This document shows, piece by piece, positions 37,831 through 48,537 of a stretch of DNA of 64,000 nucleotides. Below the pieces are notes generated by a model. That model searched no databases. It was not told the origin of the DNA and saw only the letters and a program-made list of their open reading frames with translations. Numbering within the stretch: position 1 is the first letter of the stretch; each line of letters opens with the position of its first letter. The stretch is from sequence record NC_054917.1. One strand, written 5' to 3'. This stretch comes from Escherichia phage vB_EcoM_G50. A program made the translations under genes and the position numbers.

Positions 37831-37834
37831 AATT

Positions 37835-37909
37835 TGGCGGACGTGATAGGATTCGAACCTATAACCAATCGCTTAACAGGCGATCGCTCTGCCATTGAGC
37901 TACACATCC
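37835..37909 (-). tRNA. tRNA-Asn (anticodon GUU)
   Basis: 75-nt cloverleaf; anticodon stem-loop AUCGC-CUGUUAA-GCGAU; T-loop GGUUCGAAUCC; encoded CCA. Confidence 0.75.
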
Positions 37910-37913
37910 AAAT

Positions 37914-38000
37914 TGGTGGGGAGTGATGGAGTCGAACCACCCGAGTCGCAATGACAATGGATTTACAGTCCACACCGCTACCTCTACGGGATAACTCCCC
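37914..38000 (-). tRNA. tRNA-Tyr (anticodon GUA), long variable arm
   Basis: 87 nt; anticodon stem-loop GUGGA-CUGUAAA-UCCAU; bacterial-type long variable arm; encoded CCA. Confidence 0.75.
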
Positions 38001-38013
38001 TTAATTCTTAATT

Positions 38014-38088
38014 TGGTGGCCCTGGGTGGAATTGAACCACCATCTGGCGATTATGAGTCGCTTGCTTGAACCTTCCAGCTACAGGGCC
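38014..38088 (-). tRNA. tRNA with CAU anticodon (Ile2-type or Met)
   Basis: 75 nt; anticodon loop CUCAUAA; the position corresponds to T4 tRNA-Ile. Confidence 0.75.
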
Positions 38089-38089
38089 T

Positions 38090-38165
38090 TGGTGCTGATT
38101 GACGGAATCGAACCGCCGACCTTCTCATTACAAGTGAGTTGCTCTACCTACTAAGCTAAATCAGC
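38090..38165 (-). tRNA. tRNA-Thr (anticodon UGU)
   Basis: 76 nt; anticodon loop CUUGUAA; T-loop GGUUCGAUUCC. Confidence 0.8.
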
Positions 38166-38170
38166 AAAAC

Positions 38171-38260
38171 TGGCGGAGGCGATAGGATTTGAACCTATGA
38201 GTCGCCGGAGCGACTGCCGGTTTTCAAGACCGGTGCATTAAACCACTCTGCCACGCCTCC
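38171..38260 (-). tRNA. tRNA-Ser (anticodon UGA), long variable arm
   Basis: 90 nt; anticodon stem-loop CCGGU-CUUGAAA-ACCGG; long variable arm. Confidence 0.85.
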
Positions 38261-38261
38261 A

Positions 38262-38336
38262 GTCTCCATACAAGGATTTGAACCTTGGACCTCCTGATCC
38301 CAAATCAGGCGCTCTACCAAACTGAGCTACACGGAG
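38262..38336 (-). tRNA. tRNA-Pro (anticodon UGG), CCA not encoded
   Basis: Acceptor stem CUCCGUG/UAUGGAG; anticodon loop UUUGGGA; 3' end lacks encoded CCA. Confidence 0.8.
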
Positions 38337-38346
38337 TAAATTAAAT

Positions 38347-38420
<74 letters not shown>

Positions 38421-38425
38421 AAATT

Positions 38426-38512
38426 TGGTGCGAGAAGTGGGACTCGAACCCACAAGGAAATCATTCCGCAGCATTTTAAGTGCTGTGCCTTTACCAATTT
38501 GACCATTCTCGC
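38426..38512 (-). tRNA. tRNA-Leu (anticodon UAA), long variable arm
   Basis: 87 nt; anticodon stem-loop CAGCA-CUUAAAA-UGCUG. Confidence 0.85.
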
Positions 38513-38513
38513 G

Positions 38514-38586
38514 CTGGGAATAAAGGACTCGAACCTTTGCATCCTGGAATCAAAATCCAGTGCCTTACCAACTTGGCTAATTCCCA
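38514..38586 (-). tRNA. tRNA-Gln (anticodon UUG), abuts tRNA-Leu
   Basis: 5' UGGGAAU acceptor; anticodon stem-loop CUGGA-UUUUGAU-UCCAG; 3' end is 1-2 nt from the Leu 5' end (dimeric precursor arrangement). Confidence 0.85.
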
Positions 38587-38683
38587 ATTATTAACAAAGG
38601 CTCTCAAGCAAGAACCCTTGATGATAGAGGGTATTAATCAGTGCGATATGAGTTAATAATAACAAATAATTCTTAAAGCATAT

Positions 38684-38971
38684 TTACCATTTATGATAAT
38701 ACATATTTACGATGCATTCAAGACCCAAAGGATTCTTGAAAATATCATATTCAAGAGGACCTTTTTCCGTTTCAATAAAGAAATCAAAATTTACTGTATT
38801 AAATTTACGGTCTTCCTTCACTAATTTAACTTGAGAAGATGAACGATCAATGTAAACCTTTTCAACTTCAAAACATGTTAAAATGCCATAATCATCAATC
38901 AAGGCTTTAGCTGCTTCTTGATCATATTTATATCCATTTTCAATGGATGATACTTTCGCATAAAGAATCAT
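38684..38971 (-). CDS. Hypothetical protein
   Basis: 95-aa ORF between ipI and the tRNA cluster. Confidence 0.5.
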   Translation of the reverse strand: MILYAKVSSIENGYKYDQEAAKALIDDYGILTCFEVEKVYIDRSSSQVKLVKEDRKFNTVNFDFFIETEKGPLEYDIFKNPLGLECIVNMYYHKW

Positions 38972-38973
38972 TA

Positions 38974-39378
38974 TTAACCTTTATCAACAATAGTATGTGT
39001 ATGGGCATTTACGATTTGCCACCAGTCAAAACTATCGCCAAATCGTTTTGATTTATTGTCTTCAATAATTTGGCGTAATTCATCTTCTGTTTCAGCATAC
39101 GCAATCAAATCATCATATCCACCGCAAGGATAGTAATTATCGCCTGCGAACAAAAGAAAATTTACTTTAGATGGGTCTACATAATAATGCTCTTTAGGAT
39201 ATTTAGTTCCTTTCCAATCAGTTACTTCAACATAACGATAAGAAAATCCATTTTTACTTTCAACCCAACTCCACGCTTCAAAAGGAGTATTAAAAACTCT
39301 ATCAGGTATTAAATTACCTTCAAAATGAGAAGGATTTGCATAATCCCCAGCATAAACATAATATTCGTTAATATTCAT
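38974..39378 (-). CDS. Hypothetical protein
   Basis: 134-aa ORF, aromatic-rich. Confidence 0.5.
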   Translation of the reverse strand: MNINEYYVYAGDYANPSHFEGNLIPDRVFNTPFEAWSWVESKNGFSYRYVEVTDWKGTKYPKEHYYVDPSKVNFLLFAGDNYYPCGGYDDLIAYAETEDELRQIIEDNKSKRFGDSFDWWQIVNAHTHTIVDKG

Positions 39379-39564
39379 TTATTCACCTTTAGAAATTTTA
39401 TCCATAACAATAGCGATTAAACCAATTAAAAATGCTACTACAAGTGAAAAAACATTTTCTGCTGTAGTCAATAATCCACATATAAATCCAACAAACATTG
39501 AAAAACTAAAAGCAGAAGCAGAAATTGCAATAGCAACATTTCGAATTAATTCACAACGTTTCAT
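39379..39564 (-). CDS. Small membrane protein
   Basis: 61 aa with two hydrophobic segments; stop/start abuts the next ORF. Confidence 0.5.
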   Translation of the reverse strand: MKRCELIRNVAIAISASAFSFSMFVGFICGLLTTAENVFSLVVAFLIGLIAIVMDKISKGE

Positions 39565-39592
39565 TTTATTCTCCTCAGTAGTTGATAGGGTA

Positions 39593-39622
39593 ATAGTATC
39601 ACAACTAAAACCCTATGTAAAC
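39593..39622 (-). promoter_or_regulatory. T4-type early promoter (-35 GTTTAC, 18 nt, -10 TACTAT)
   Basis: Minus strand TTGTTTACatagggttttagttgtgaTACTAT. Confidence 0.5.
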
Positions 39623-39640
39623 AACTTTGTGAAATATTTA

Positions 39641-39928
39641 TTACAAAAGATTTTTAGCAATAATCTTGAGATGTGCCGCAGAAATGTGTTTAGCTTTAAA
39701 CAACGCAGTTTCTTCAGCAGGAGAGATAATGATTGTAGCACCATCCTTTTTAGCAGACCACCCATCACCTAGGTAAACAGTACCTTTGATTTCTTCGCCA
39801 TCAACCAAACTAATCATTGGTTTACCTTCTCGTCCTTTATTTGCTTTAATAACTTCAGAAGTAAGAGTAGCTTCAGTAATAGTAGAAACCGGGGTAGTTG
39901 TAGAAGTAAATTCTTTGAAAGTTTTCAT
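39641..39928 (-). CDS. ipI: Internal protein I-like head protein
   Basis: 95 aa, the size of T4 IPI; N-terminus MKTFKEFTSTTTPVSTITEA has a targeting-sequence-like start with an I-T-E site; position upstream of 57B. Confidence 0.6.
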   Translation of the reverse strand: MKTFKEFTSTTTPVSTITEATLTSEVIKANKGREGKPMISLVDGEEIKGTVYLGDGWSAKKDGATIIISPAEETALFKAKHISAAHLKIIAKNLL

Positions 39929-39958
39929 TTTATTTTCCTAATTAATTTTGATGAGATA

Positions 39959-39988
39959 ATAGTATCACTACCTCATCAACGTGTAAAC
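39959..39988 (-). promoter_or_regulatory. T4-type early promoter (-35 GTTTAC, 18 nt, -10 TACTAT) upstream of the ipI-like gene
   Basis: Minus strand GTTTACacgttgatgaggtagtgaTACTAT. Confidence 0.5.
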
Positions 39989-40000
39989 AACTTTGTGAAA

Positions 40001-40697
<697 letters not shown>

Positions 40698-40698
<1 letters not shown>

Positions 40699-41411
40699 TA
40701 TAGTACCTTTAGTGTATTTTTAATTTTAGAAAAAAGTTCTTCAAGAGAACCATCGTTTGTAATTACTAAATCGCCATCACGAATTGGCAATCCAGCTTCT
40801 GTAATATGAGTATCATTGGATTTTTGACCAGGACGAACTACATGAATTACTGTAGCACCCATCGCCCTAGCCGCATCCATTTCATGATCTTGACGAGTAT
40901 CAGGAACGATATAATAATCATAACCTGAGTTAAATTTATCAAGATAATCTAAAGCAAATAATTTTACCCAATACATGCGGTCGAAGTTATTAACAATCAA
41001 ATCCGTACCTAGGGCTTGCATCAGACGACGGACTGACCATTGATCTTCAATATTATTTATAACGTCAGCAATCTTGTTAAATGCTACGAAATTAACTGCG
41101 TCATCAAAAACAAACACACCTTTAATTGGGCTTTTACTATTAAGATAGCAAAATGCTTGTTCCATAATCGTAATTACTTCTAATTTAGTCAGATTTAAAT
41201 TAGTCTCACGATCATAGTCAATTCCTTCAAACTCTTTACGAGTTAAGCAAGGATAGTCAGTGTTTGCTGCAAATACACCCCATGCATAAGCCAATGCATC
41301 CTTAATAGGACCAGCAAGTTGATATTTAACTGCAGAATAATTATTCATAATAAAATCTGCAGTAGTATCTTTTCCACTACGCTTTACACCACTTAAAAAG
41401 ATTAGTTTCAT
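40698..41411 (-). CDS. 1: Deoxynucleoside monophosphate kinase gp1
   Basis: 237 aa; P-loop GVKRSGKDT; position between 57A and 3. Confidence 0.9.
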
Positions 41412-41460
41412 ATGTTTCTCCTCAAATTTAGTTAAGATTATAACACATGAAACTGAAGCA

Positions 41461-41991
41461 TTAAACTTCTGCTATAATTTTGCCATCTTTTTCTACTTGA
41501 AAATACGTATAAGGAATCGTTGCTGTGCATACTAAGGCTGGGTCTGAATCTTCCGTGTAGCTAAATTCTACTTCAGACAGGTCAGAAACCCAAGGCTTAT
41601 AAAAATTTATTGACATCACGATTTCAGTTTTACTATTATCTAAAATGTAAAGCGTAATGTATTCAGGACCTGTTTTTTGGGCAGTATTTTCGCCTGTAAG
41701 ATAGTTACTAGTTCCTAGCATCCATTCATACATTCCTATCCACGACTTAAGCTCTTCATCAACTATAAATCTCACGATGAGTGGGTCGTACTCAAATGTA
41801 ACACCTGGACGTTGTGCTCGGCCTAGTCCAAACGGCCCAGTCACGGTATCAGTAACAGGTATCCTAATTCCTGGAATAGGAACTGACTGAGCATTTAAAG
41901 TAAAAGCAGATGTAGTATTACTATGCGGTATTGATACTACAAAGTTAGTTGTATTTGCTTGGTTAAAAATTTGTTGTAGTGCTTGCGACAT
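41461..41991 (-). CDS. 3: Tail completion / sheath stabiliser gp3
   Basis: 176 aa (the size of T4 gp3); gene order 1-3-2-4. Confidence 0.8.
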   Translation of the reverse strand: MSQALQQIFNQANTTNFVVSIPHSNTTSAFTLNAQSVPIPGIRIPVTDTVTGPFGLGRAQRPGVTFEYDPLIVRFIVDEELKSWIGMYEWMLGTSNYLTGENTAQKTGPEYITLYILDNSKTEIVMSINFYKPWVSDLSEVEFSYTEDSDPALVCTATIPYTYFQVEKDGKIIAEV

Positions 41992-42097
41992 ATATTCCTC
42001 ATAATGCTTTATAAGTGTTGGTGGTATAATGGGTCTAAGTCCCTTCTATTCAATTCCAATTAGAACAAACAATAGAAAAGAATGGAAGATAATAGAA

Positions 42098-42922
42098 TTA
42101 GATATTTGACCAGACTTTGTTTGCAGAGAAACGTTTTCCTTTTGAAACGAACTGCTGAAGTGGCATTAATACAACGTTCGCCCAGTCTTTCGGGGCGATT
42201 TCAACAAGGCTACCCATGATATTACCAGGTATATATGCCTTAATCATTTGGTCTGCACCCCTAAATCCTTTCACTTGACTCCAATCAATTTTTAATTTCG
42301 TTTTATTAGTAATAGTAGGTGTATTTGAATATTGCTTTAAAAGCTCTTCTAGAAATTGCTGACGAGCTTTAGGTGGAATATAGTGCAAGTTCAATCCGTA
42401 CATTAAATTATGTTTACCTAAACCAAGGTAAATTATCAAAGGAAATTTATCCCAGTAAGGAAGAGTTTCCTTGTGTTTAGCATCATAAGCAAAAGCATAT
42501 ATTCGTCCCGGCTGCGGGCGAACAACTTTATGTCCTTTTACTTGCTTAATAGTTTCAGCAAACCACTTTCTGGTTTTATTATTAATTGCTGCACCTTCAT
42601 TACGAATTTTATCACGCAATGTTTGTCTGAATGAATTTATCATAAGCAGTTGTCTTTCTTGCTTATTGAGTTTATTCATTGGTTTTGATTCAAGCTTTTG
42701 AATCTTTTCAGCCGTTTTAATTCCTGAAGCATATTTTGACATTGCCGAAGTAAACGTAGAGTATTTGATTCCTCTTTCTTCAGCAAATTGCTTTCCTGTC
42801 ATTCCTTTTGCTTTGGCCTTTCTGTATTCAAGACCTATCTGAATCCATTTCTTTTCGTTTAATGATTGCTTAACCTTTGGAACTTGGGGAGTGCTTTCAT
42901 TAATTATTTGAAAAATAGCCAT
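42098..42922 (-). CDS. 2: DNA end-protector protein gp2
   Basis: 274 aa (the size of T4 gp2); basic; gene order. Confidence 0.8.
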   Translation of the reverse strand: MAIFQIINESTPQVPKVKQSLNEKKWIQIGLEYRKAKAKGMTGKQFAEERGIKYSTFTSAMSKYASGIKTAEKIQKLESKPMNKLNKQERQLLMINSFRQTLRDKIRNEGAAINNKTRKWFAETIKQVKGHKVVRPQPGRIYAFAYDAKHKETLPYWDKFPLIIYLGLGKHNLMYGLNLHYIPPKARQQFLEELLKQYSNTPTITNKTKLKIDWSQVKGFRGADQMIKAYIPGNIMGSLVEIAPKDWANVVLMPLQQFVSKGKRFSANKVWSNI

Positions 42923-43374
42923 TATGCCCCCTTAAAGCCAAGAGCTCGTAATCCATCTTCTGTTAGAATTCTAAATTTTATTCCACGCTTTTCAGCTAAA
43001 GATTGTGCTGCTTTCCATTTGTCAGTATTAACGGAATATGTATAAATTTCATTCATAAATCTTTTCTTCGCTGCGGTTGTTAGATGTGCTGGTTTAACTG
43101 GTGGTTGTGTTTCTTTTTTAGGTTTTATTTCAATAAAAAATTCTTGTCCAGAAGAATCTTTCATCCAAATATCCATGAAGTATCTACGTTTTTTCCCTTC
43201 TGCATTACAAAAATAAGGAATTACTGCTGTTTCACTACCCCATGCAATAATTTCTGGATTTTTATCTAACCATTCAAAAAAGAATTTTTCCCAATTTGAT
43301 CTATACGTAATTTTTTTAGGGTCACCTCTGTATTTTGATATATTTTTAGGAACCCATTTTCCAGAATATGCCAT
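42922..43374 (-). CDS. 4: Head completion protein gp4
   Basis: 150 aa (the size of T4 gp4); last minus-strand gene before the divergent late promoters. Confidence 0.8.
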   Translation of the reverse strand: MAYSGKWVPKNISKYRGDPKKITYRSNWEKFFFEWLDKNPEIIAWGSETAVIPYFCNAEGKKRRYFMDIWMKDSSGQEFFIEIKPKKETQPPVKPAHLTTAAKKRFMNEIYTYSVNTDKWKAAQSLAEKRGIKFRILTEDGLRALGFKGA

Positions 43375-43385
43375 TGGATTCTCCT

Positions 43386-43393
43386 TATAAATA
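43386..43393 (+). promoter_or_regulatory. T4 late promoter TATAAATA for gene 53
   Basis: Exact TATAAATA 29 nt upstream of the gene 53 ATG. Confidence 0.65.
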
Positions 43394-43400
43394 GATAATA

Positions 43401-43408
43401 TATTTATA
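43401..43408 (-). promoter_or_regulatory. T4 late promoter TATAAATA for gene 4 (divergent)
   Basis: Exact TATAAATA on the minus strand 27 nt upstream of the gene 4 ATG. Confidence 0.65.
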
Positions 43409-43421
43409 AACAGGAGGGCCC

Positions 43422-44012
43422 ATGCTCTTTACATTTTTTGATCCGATTGAATATGCGGCCAAAACGGTGAATAAAAACGCGCCGACTATTCCTATGACAG
43501 ATATTTTTAGAAACTATAAAGACTATTTCAAACGCGCTCTTGCGGGATACCGCTTACGTACTTATTATATTAAAGGTTCACCACGCCCGGAAGAATTAGC
43601 AAATGCTATATATGGAAATCCGCAGTTGTATTGGGTTTTATTGATGTGTAATGATAATTATGATCCGTATTATGGATGGATTACTTCACAAGAAGCTGCT
43701 TATCAAGCATCTATACAAAAATACAAAAACGTAGGTGGAGACCAAATAGTATATCATGTGAATGAGAATGGTGAAAAATTTTATAATTTAATATCATACG
43801 ATGATAATCCATATGTTTGGTATGACAAAGGTGATAAAGCTAGAAAATATCCTCAATATGAAGGAGCACTTGCTGCGGTCGATACGTATGAAGCTGCTGT
43901 TCTTGAAAATGAAAAACTTCGTCAAATAAAAATAATAGCAAAATCAGACATCAATTCATTTATGAACGACCTTATACGTATAATGGAGAAATCTTATGGA
44001 AATGATAAGTAA
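43422..44012 (+). CDS. 53: Baseplate wedge protein gp53
   Basis: 196 aa (the size of T4 gp53); first gene of the plus-strand baseplate module. Confidence 0.9.
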   Translation: MLFTFFDPIEYAAKTVNKNAPTIPMTDIFRNYKDYFKRALAGYRLRTYYIKGSPRPEELANAIYGNPQLYWVLLMCNDNYDPYYGWITSQEAAYQASIQKYKNVGGDQIVYHVNENGEKFYNLISYDDNPYVWYDKGDKARKYPQYEGALAAVDTYEAAVLENEKLRQIKIIAKSDINSFMNDLIRIMEKSYGNDK

Positions 44013-45723
44013 TAACCTTAATTGGTTTGTTGGTGTTGTTGAAGATAGAATGGACCCATTAAAATTAGGTCGTGTTCGTGTTCGTGTAGTTGGTCTGCAT
44101 CCACCTCAAAGAGCACAAGGCGACGTAATGGGTATTCCAACTGATAAATTACCATGGATGTCAGTTATTCAACCTATAACTTCTGCAGCAATGTCTGGAA
44201 TTGGAGGCTCCGTTACTGGTCCGGTAGAAGGAACTAGAGTTTATGGTCATTTTTTAGACAAATGGAAAACTAACGGAATTGTTCTTGGCACGTACGGTGG
44301 AATAGTTCGCGAAAAACCTAATAGACTTGAAGGATTTTCTGACCCGACTGGACAGTATCCTAGACGTCTAGGAAATGATACTAACGTATTAAACCAAGGC
44401 GGAGAAGTAGGATATGATTCGTCTTCTAATATTATCCAAGATAGTAATCTAGACACTGCGATAAATCCCGATGATAGACCGCTATCAGAGATTCCAACTG
44501 ATGATAATCCAAATATGTCAATGGCTGAAATGCTTCGCCGTGATGAAGGATTAAGACTAAAAGTTTATTGGGATACTGAAGGATATCCGACAATTGGCAT
44601 TGGTCATCTTATCATGAAGCAACCAGTTCGTGATATGACCCAAATTAATAAAGTTTTATCAAAACAAGTTGGTCGCGAAATTACTGGAAATCCAGGTTCT
44701 ATTACAATGGAAGAAGCGGTAACTTTATTTGAGCGTGATTTGGCTGATATGCAACGTGACATTAAATCACATTCTAAAGTTGGCCCAGTTTGGCAAGCAG
44801 TTAATCGTTCTCGTCAAATGGCATTAGAAAATATGGCATTTCAGATGGGCGTTGGCGGTGTAGCTAAATTTAACACAATGTTAACTGCTATGTTAGCCGG
44901 AGATTGGGAAAAGGCATATAAAGCTGGTCGTGATTCACTGTGGTATCAACAAACAAAAGGCCGTGCATCCCGTGTTACCATGATTATTCTTACCGGGAAT
45001 TTGGAATCATACGGTATTGAAGTTAAAACACCAGCTAGGTCTTTGTCGGCAATGGCTGCTACTGTAGCAAAGTCTTCTGATCCAGCTGACCCTCCTATTC
45101 CGAATGATTCGAGAATTTTATTTAAAGAACCTGTTTCTTCATATAAAGGTGAATATCCGTATGTTCACACAATGGAAACTGAAAGCGGTCATATTCAGGA
45201 ATTTGACGATACCCCGGGACAAGAACGATACAGATTAGTTCATCCGACTGGAACATATGAGGAAGTATCACCGTCAGGAAGAAGAACAAGAAAAACTGTT
45301 GATAATTTGTATGATATAACAAATGCTGATGGTAATTTTTTGGTAGCCGGTGATAAAAAGACTAACGTCGGTGGATCAGAAATTTATTACAACATGGATA
45401 ATCGTCTTCACCAAATAGATGGAAGCAATACAATATTTGTGCGTGGCGATGAAACTAAGACAGTTGAAGGTAATGGAACTATCCTAGTCAAAGGTAATGT
45501 TACTATTGTAGTTGAAGGTAATGCTGACATTACAGTTAAAGGAGATGCTACCACTTTAGTTGAAGGAAATCAGACTAATACAGTAAATGGAAATCTTTCT
45601 TGGAAAGTTGCTGGTACAGTTGATTGGGACGTTGGTGGCGATTGGACAGAAAAAATGGCATCTATGAGTTCTATTTCATCTGGTCAATACACAATTGATG
45701 GATCGAGGATTGACATTGGCTAA
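43996..45723 (+). CDS. 5: Baseplate hub / tail lysozyme gp5
   Basis: 575 aa; central lysozyme domain (LRRDEGLRLKVYWDTEGYPTIGIGHL, paralogous to e); C-terminal beta-helix repeats (VEGNGTILVKGNVTIVVEGN...). Confidence 0.95.
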   Translation: MEMISNNLNWFVGVVEDRMDPLKLGRVRVRVVGLHPPQRAQGDVMGIPTDKLPWMSVIQPITSAAMSGIGGSVTGPVEGTRVYGHFLDKWKTNGIVLGTYGGIVREKPNRLEGFSDPTGQYPRRLGNDTNVLNQGGEVGYDSSSNIIQDSNLDTAINPDDRPLSEIPTDDNPNMSMAEMLRRDEGLRLKVYWDTEGYPTIGIGHLIMKQPVRDMTQINKVLSKQVGREITGNPGSITMEEAVTLFERDLADMQRDIKSHSKVGPVWQAVNRSRQMALENMAFQMGVGGVAKFNTMLTAMLAGDWEKAYKAGRDSLWYQQTKGRASRVTMIILTGNLESYGIEVKTPARSLSAMAATVAKSSDPADPPIPNDSRILFKEPVSSYKGEYPYVHTMETESGHIQEFDDTPGQERYRLVHPTGTYEEVSPSGRRTRKTVDNLYDITNADGNFLVAGDKKTNVGGSEIYYNMDNRLHQIDGSNTIFVRGDETKTVEGNGTILVKGNVTIVVEGNADITVKGDATTLVEGNQTNTVNGNLSWKVAGTVDWDVGGDWTEKMASMSSISSGQYTIDGSRIDIG

Positions 45724-45733
45724 TATACTTCCA

Positions 45734-46252
45734 ATGAGCGCTGATTTAGGAGAATCCATGGAAGGTTCTTCTATCGACGTCACCTTTACCGCTCAATTAG
45801 AAACAGGTGAAACGTTAGTATCTATAAATATAACTAGTTACGAAGAAACTCCTGGGGTTTTAGTAGAAGAAAATCGTTTATATGGAACGTATGAATCTGT
45901 ATTTGGATTTGGAAATGATGCGTTGAAATATCGTTTAGATAATGAATTTAAAACTGCTGCTTCATGGGAAGACCTTCCAACTGATTCTAATACTCAGTTA
46001 TATCTATGGAAAGCTCCTCAAAACCTCCAGAAGACATTCACTTACGAAGTAACATTAATATATGACTACCAAGAACAAAGTGAATCTGGAGGTTCTGGCA
46101 GTAATTCTAGGTCATCTTCTGATACTACTGAACCAACGAATCCTCCAGCTCCAATAAGAAAAACTCTTGTTAAAAATTATACAAAAACTATAGTTGGAAA
46201 TTGGAGTCGTTGGGCTAATAAATTGAGAAGCTATGTGTATGAGAGGCCATAA
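45734..46252 (+). CDS. 5.1: Hypothetical protein (5.1-like)
   Basis: Track ORF shortened to the first ATG beyond the gp5 stop; Ser/Gly-rich linker and acidic regions. Confidence 0.55.
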
Positions 46253-46546
46253 ATGTCAGGATTAAGTTACGATAAGTGTGTTACTGCTGGTCATGAAGCG
46301 TGGCCTCCAACGGTTGTGAATGCCACACAAAGTAAAGTATTCACTGGAGGAATTGCTGTTCTCGTGGCAGGTGATCCAATTACAGAACATACAGAAATTA
46401 AAAAGCCATATGAAACACATGGCGGAGTGACACAACCTAGAACTTCTAAGGTATATGTCACTGGAAAGAAAGCTGTTCAAATGGCTGATCCAATATCATG
46501 CGGTGATACTGTGGCTCAGGCATCATCTAAAGTATTCATTAAATAG
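46253..46546 (+). CDS. 5.4: PAAR-repeat spike-tip protein gp5.4
   Basis: 97 aa (the size of T4 gp5.4); small conserved protein between 5 and 6. Confidence 0.8.
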
Positions 46547-46554
46547 GATTTAAA

Positions 46555-48537
46555 ATGGCAAATACCCCTGTAAATTATCAATTAACAAGAACAGCAAATG
46601 CTATTCCCGAGATATTCGTCGGGGGCACATTTGCTGAAATAAAACAAAACCTCATTGAATGGCTTAATGGTCAAAATGAATTTTTGGATTATGATTTTGA
46701 AGGCTCAAGATTAAACGTTTTGTGTGACCTTTTGGCTTATAATACACTGTACATCCAGCAGTTTGGTAATGCTGCCGTGTATGAAAGCTTTATGCGTACT
46801 GCTAACTTACGTAGTTCAGTAGTTCAAGCGGCACAAGATAATGGATATTTACCTACTTCAAAATCAGCTGCTCAAACTGAAATTATGCTAACTTGTACAG
46901 ACGCATTGAATAGAAATTACATTACTATTCCTCGTGGTACTCGCTTTTTAGCATATGCAAAGGATACTTCTGTTAATCCTTATAACTTTGTATCTACCGA
47001 AGATGTTATTGCTATTCGCGATAAAAATAACCAATATTTTCCGCGTTTAAAGCTGGCTCAAGGACGTATAGTAAGAACTGAAATCATTTATGATAAATTA
47101 ATACCTATTATCATTTATGACAAAAATATAGATAGAAACCAAGTTAAGCTGTATGTTGATGGAGCAGAATGGATTAACTGGACAAGAAAGTCAATGGTTC
47201 ATGCTGGTTCTACATCAACAATTTACTACATGCGTGAAACTATTGATGGAAATACTGAATTTTATTTTGGTGAAGGTGAGATTTCTGTTAACGCGGCAGA
47301 AGGAGCATTGACCGCTAATTATATTGGAGGTCTTAAACCTACTCAGAACTCTACGATTGTTATTGAGTACATCAGTACTAATGGTGCAGATGCGAATGGC
47401 GCAGTCGGATTTTCATACGCAGATACATTAACAAATATAACTGTCATCAACATTAATGAAAATCCAAACGATGACCCAGATTTTGTTGGGGCAGATGGCG
47501 GCGGTGACCCAGAAGATATTGAACGTATTCGCGAATTGGGTACTATTAAACGTGAAACCCAGCAACGATGCGTAACTGCGACTGACTATGATACATTCGT
47601 TTCAGAGAGATTTGGTTCTATTATTCAAGCAGTTCAGACTTTCACTGATTCTACTAAACCTGGTTATGCATTTATTGCTGCTAAACCTAAATCAGGTCTG
47701 TATTTAACTACTGTACAACGCGAAGATATTAAAAATTATCTCAAAGACTATAATTTAGCTCCTATTACGCCATCAATTATTTCTCCTAATTATCTTTTTA
47801 TTAAGACTAATTTAAAAGTCACATATGCTTTAAATAAGCTACAAGAATCCGAACAGTGGCTCGAAGGTCAAATAATTGATAAAATTGATCGTTATTATAC
47901 CGAAGATGTAGAAATTTTTAACTCATCTTTCGCTAAATCTAAGATGTTGACATATGTAGATGATGCAGATCATTCTATCATTGGCTCATCGGCGACAATT
48001 CAAATAGTACGTGAAGTACAAAACTTCTATAAAACGCCTGAAGCGGGTATTAAATACAATAATCAAATAAAAGATCGTTCTATGGAATCTAATACGTTTT
48101 CATTTAATTCTGGACGAAAGGTTGTAAATCCTGATACTGGTTTAGAAGAAGATGTATTATATGACGTTCGTATAGTATCAACAGACCGAGATTCTAAAGG
48201 AATTGGTAAAGTTATTATTGGTCCATTTGCTTCTGGCGATGTTACAGAAAATGAAAACATTCAGCCGTATACAGGCAACGATTTTAACAAATTAGCAAAT
48301 TCTGATGGACGCGACAAATACTATGTTATCGGTGAAATAAATTATCCAGCTGATGTGATTTACTGGAATATCGCTAAAATTAATTTAACATCTGAAAAAT
48401 TTGAAGTTCAGACTATTGAATTATATTCTGACCCAACCGATGATGTTATCTTTACTCGCGATGGTTCACTGATTGTATTTGAAAATGACTTACGTCCACA
48501 ATACTTAACTATCGATTTGGAGCCTATATCACAATGA
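46555..48537 (+). CDS. 6: Baseplate wedge protein gp6
   Basis: 660 aa; gene order and size as T4 gp6. Confidence 0.93.
   Translation: MANTPVNYQLTRTANAIPEIFVGGTFAEIKQNLIEWLNGQNEFLDYDFEGSRLNVLCDLLAYNTLYIQQFGNAAVYESFMRTANLRSSVVQAAQDNGYLPTSKSAAQTEIMLTCTDALNRNYITIPRGTRFLAYAKDTSVNPYNFVSTEDVIAIRDKNNQYFPRLKLAQGRIVRTEIIYDKLIPIIIYDKNIDRNQVKLYVDGAEWINWTRKSMVHAGSTSTIYYMRETIDGNTEFYFGEGEISVNAAEGALTANYIGGLKPTQNSTIVIEYISTNGADANGAVGFSYADTLTNITVININENPNDDPDFVGADGGGDPEDIERIRELGTIKRETQQRCVTATDYDTFVSERFGSIIQAVQTFTDSTKPGYAFIAAKPKSGLYLTTVQREDIKNYLKDYNLAPITPSIISPNYLFIKTNLKVTYALNKLQESEQWLEGQIIDKIDRYYTEDVEIFNSSFAKSKMLTYVDDADHSIIGSSATIQIVREVQNFYKTPEAGIKYNNQIKDRSMESNTFSFNSGRKVVNPDTGLEEDVLYDVRIVSTDRDSKGIGKVIIGPFASGDVTENENIQPYTGNDFNKLANSDGRDKYYVIGEINYPADVIYWNIAKINLTSEKFEVQTIELYSDPTDDVIFTRDGSLIVFENDLRPQYLTIDLEPISQ

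Noticed and set aside
37721-37834. 114-nt gap between tRNA-Asn and tRNA-His examined for a twelfth tRNA
   Set aside because: No acceptor/T-arm pairing could be folded; only a short inverted repeat is present
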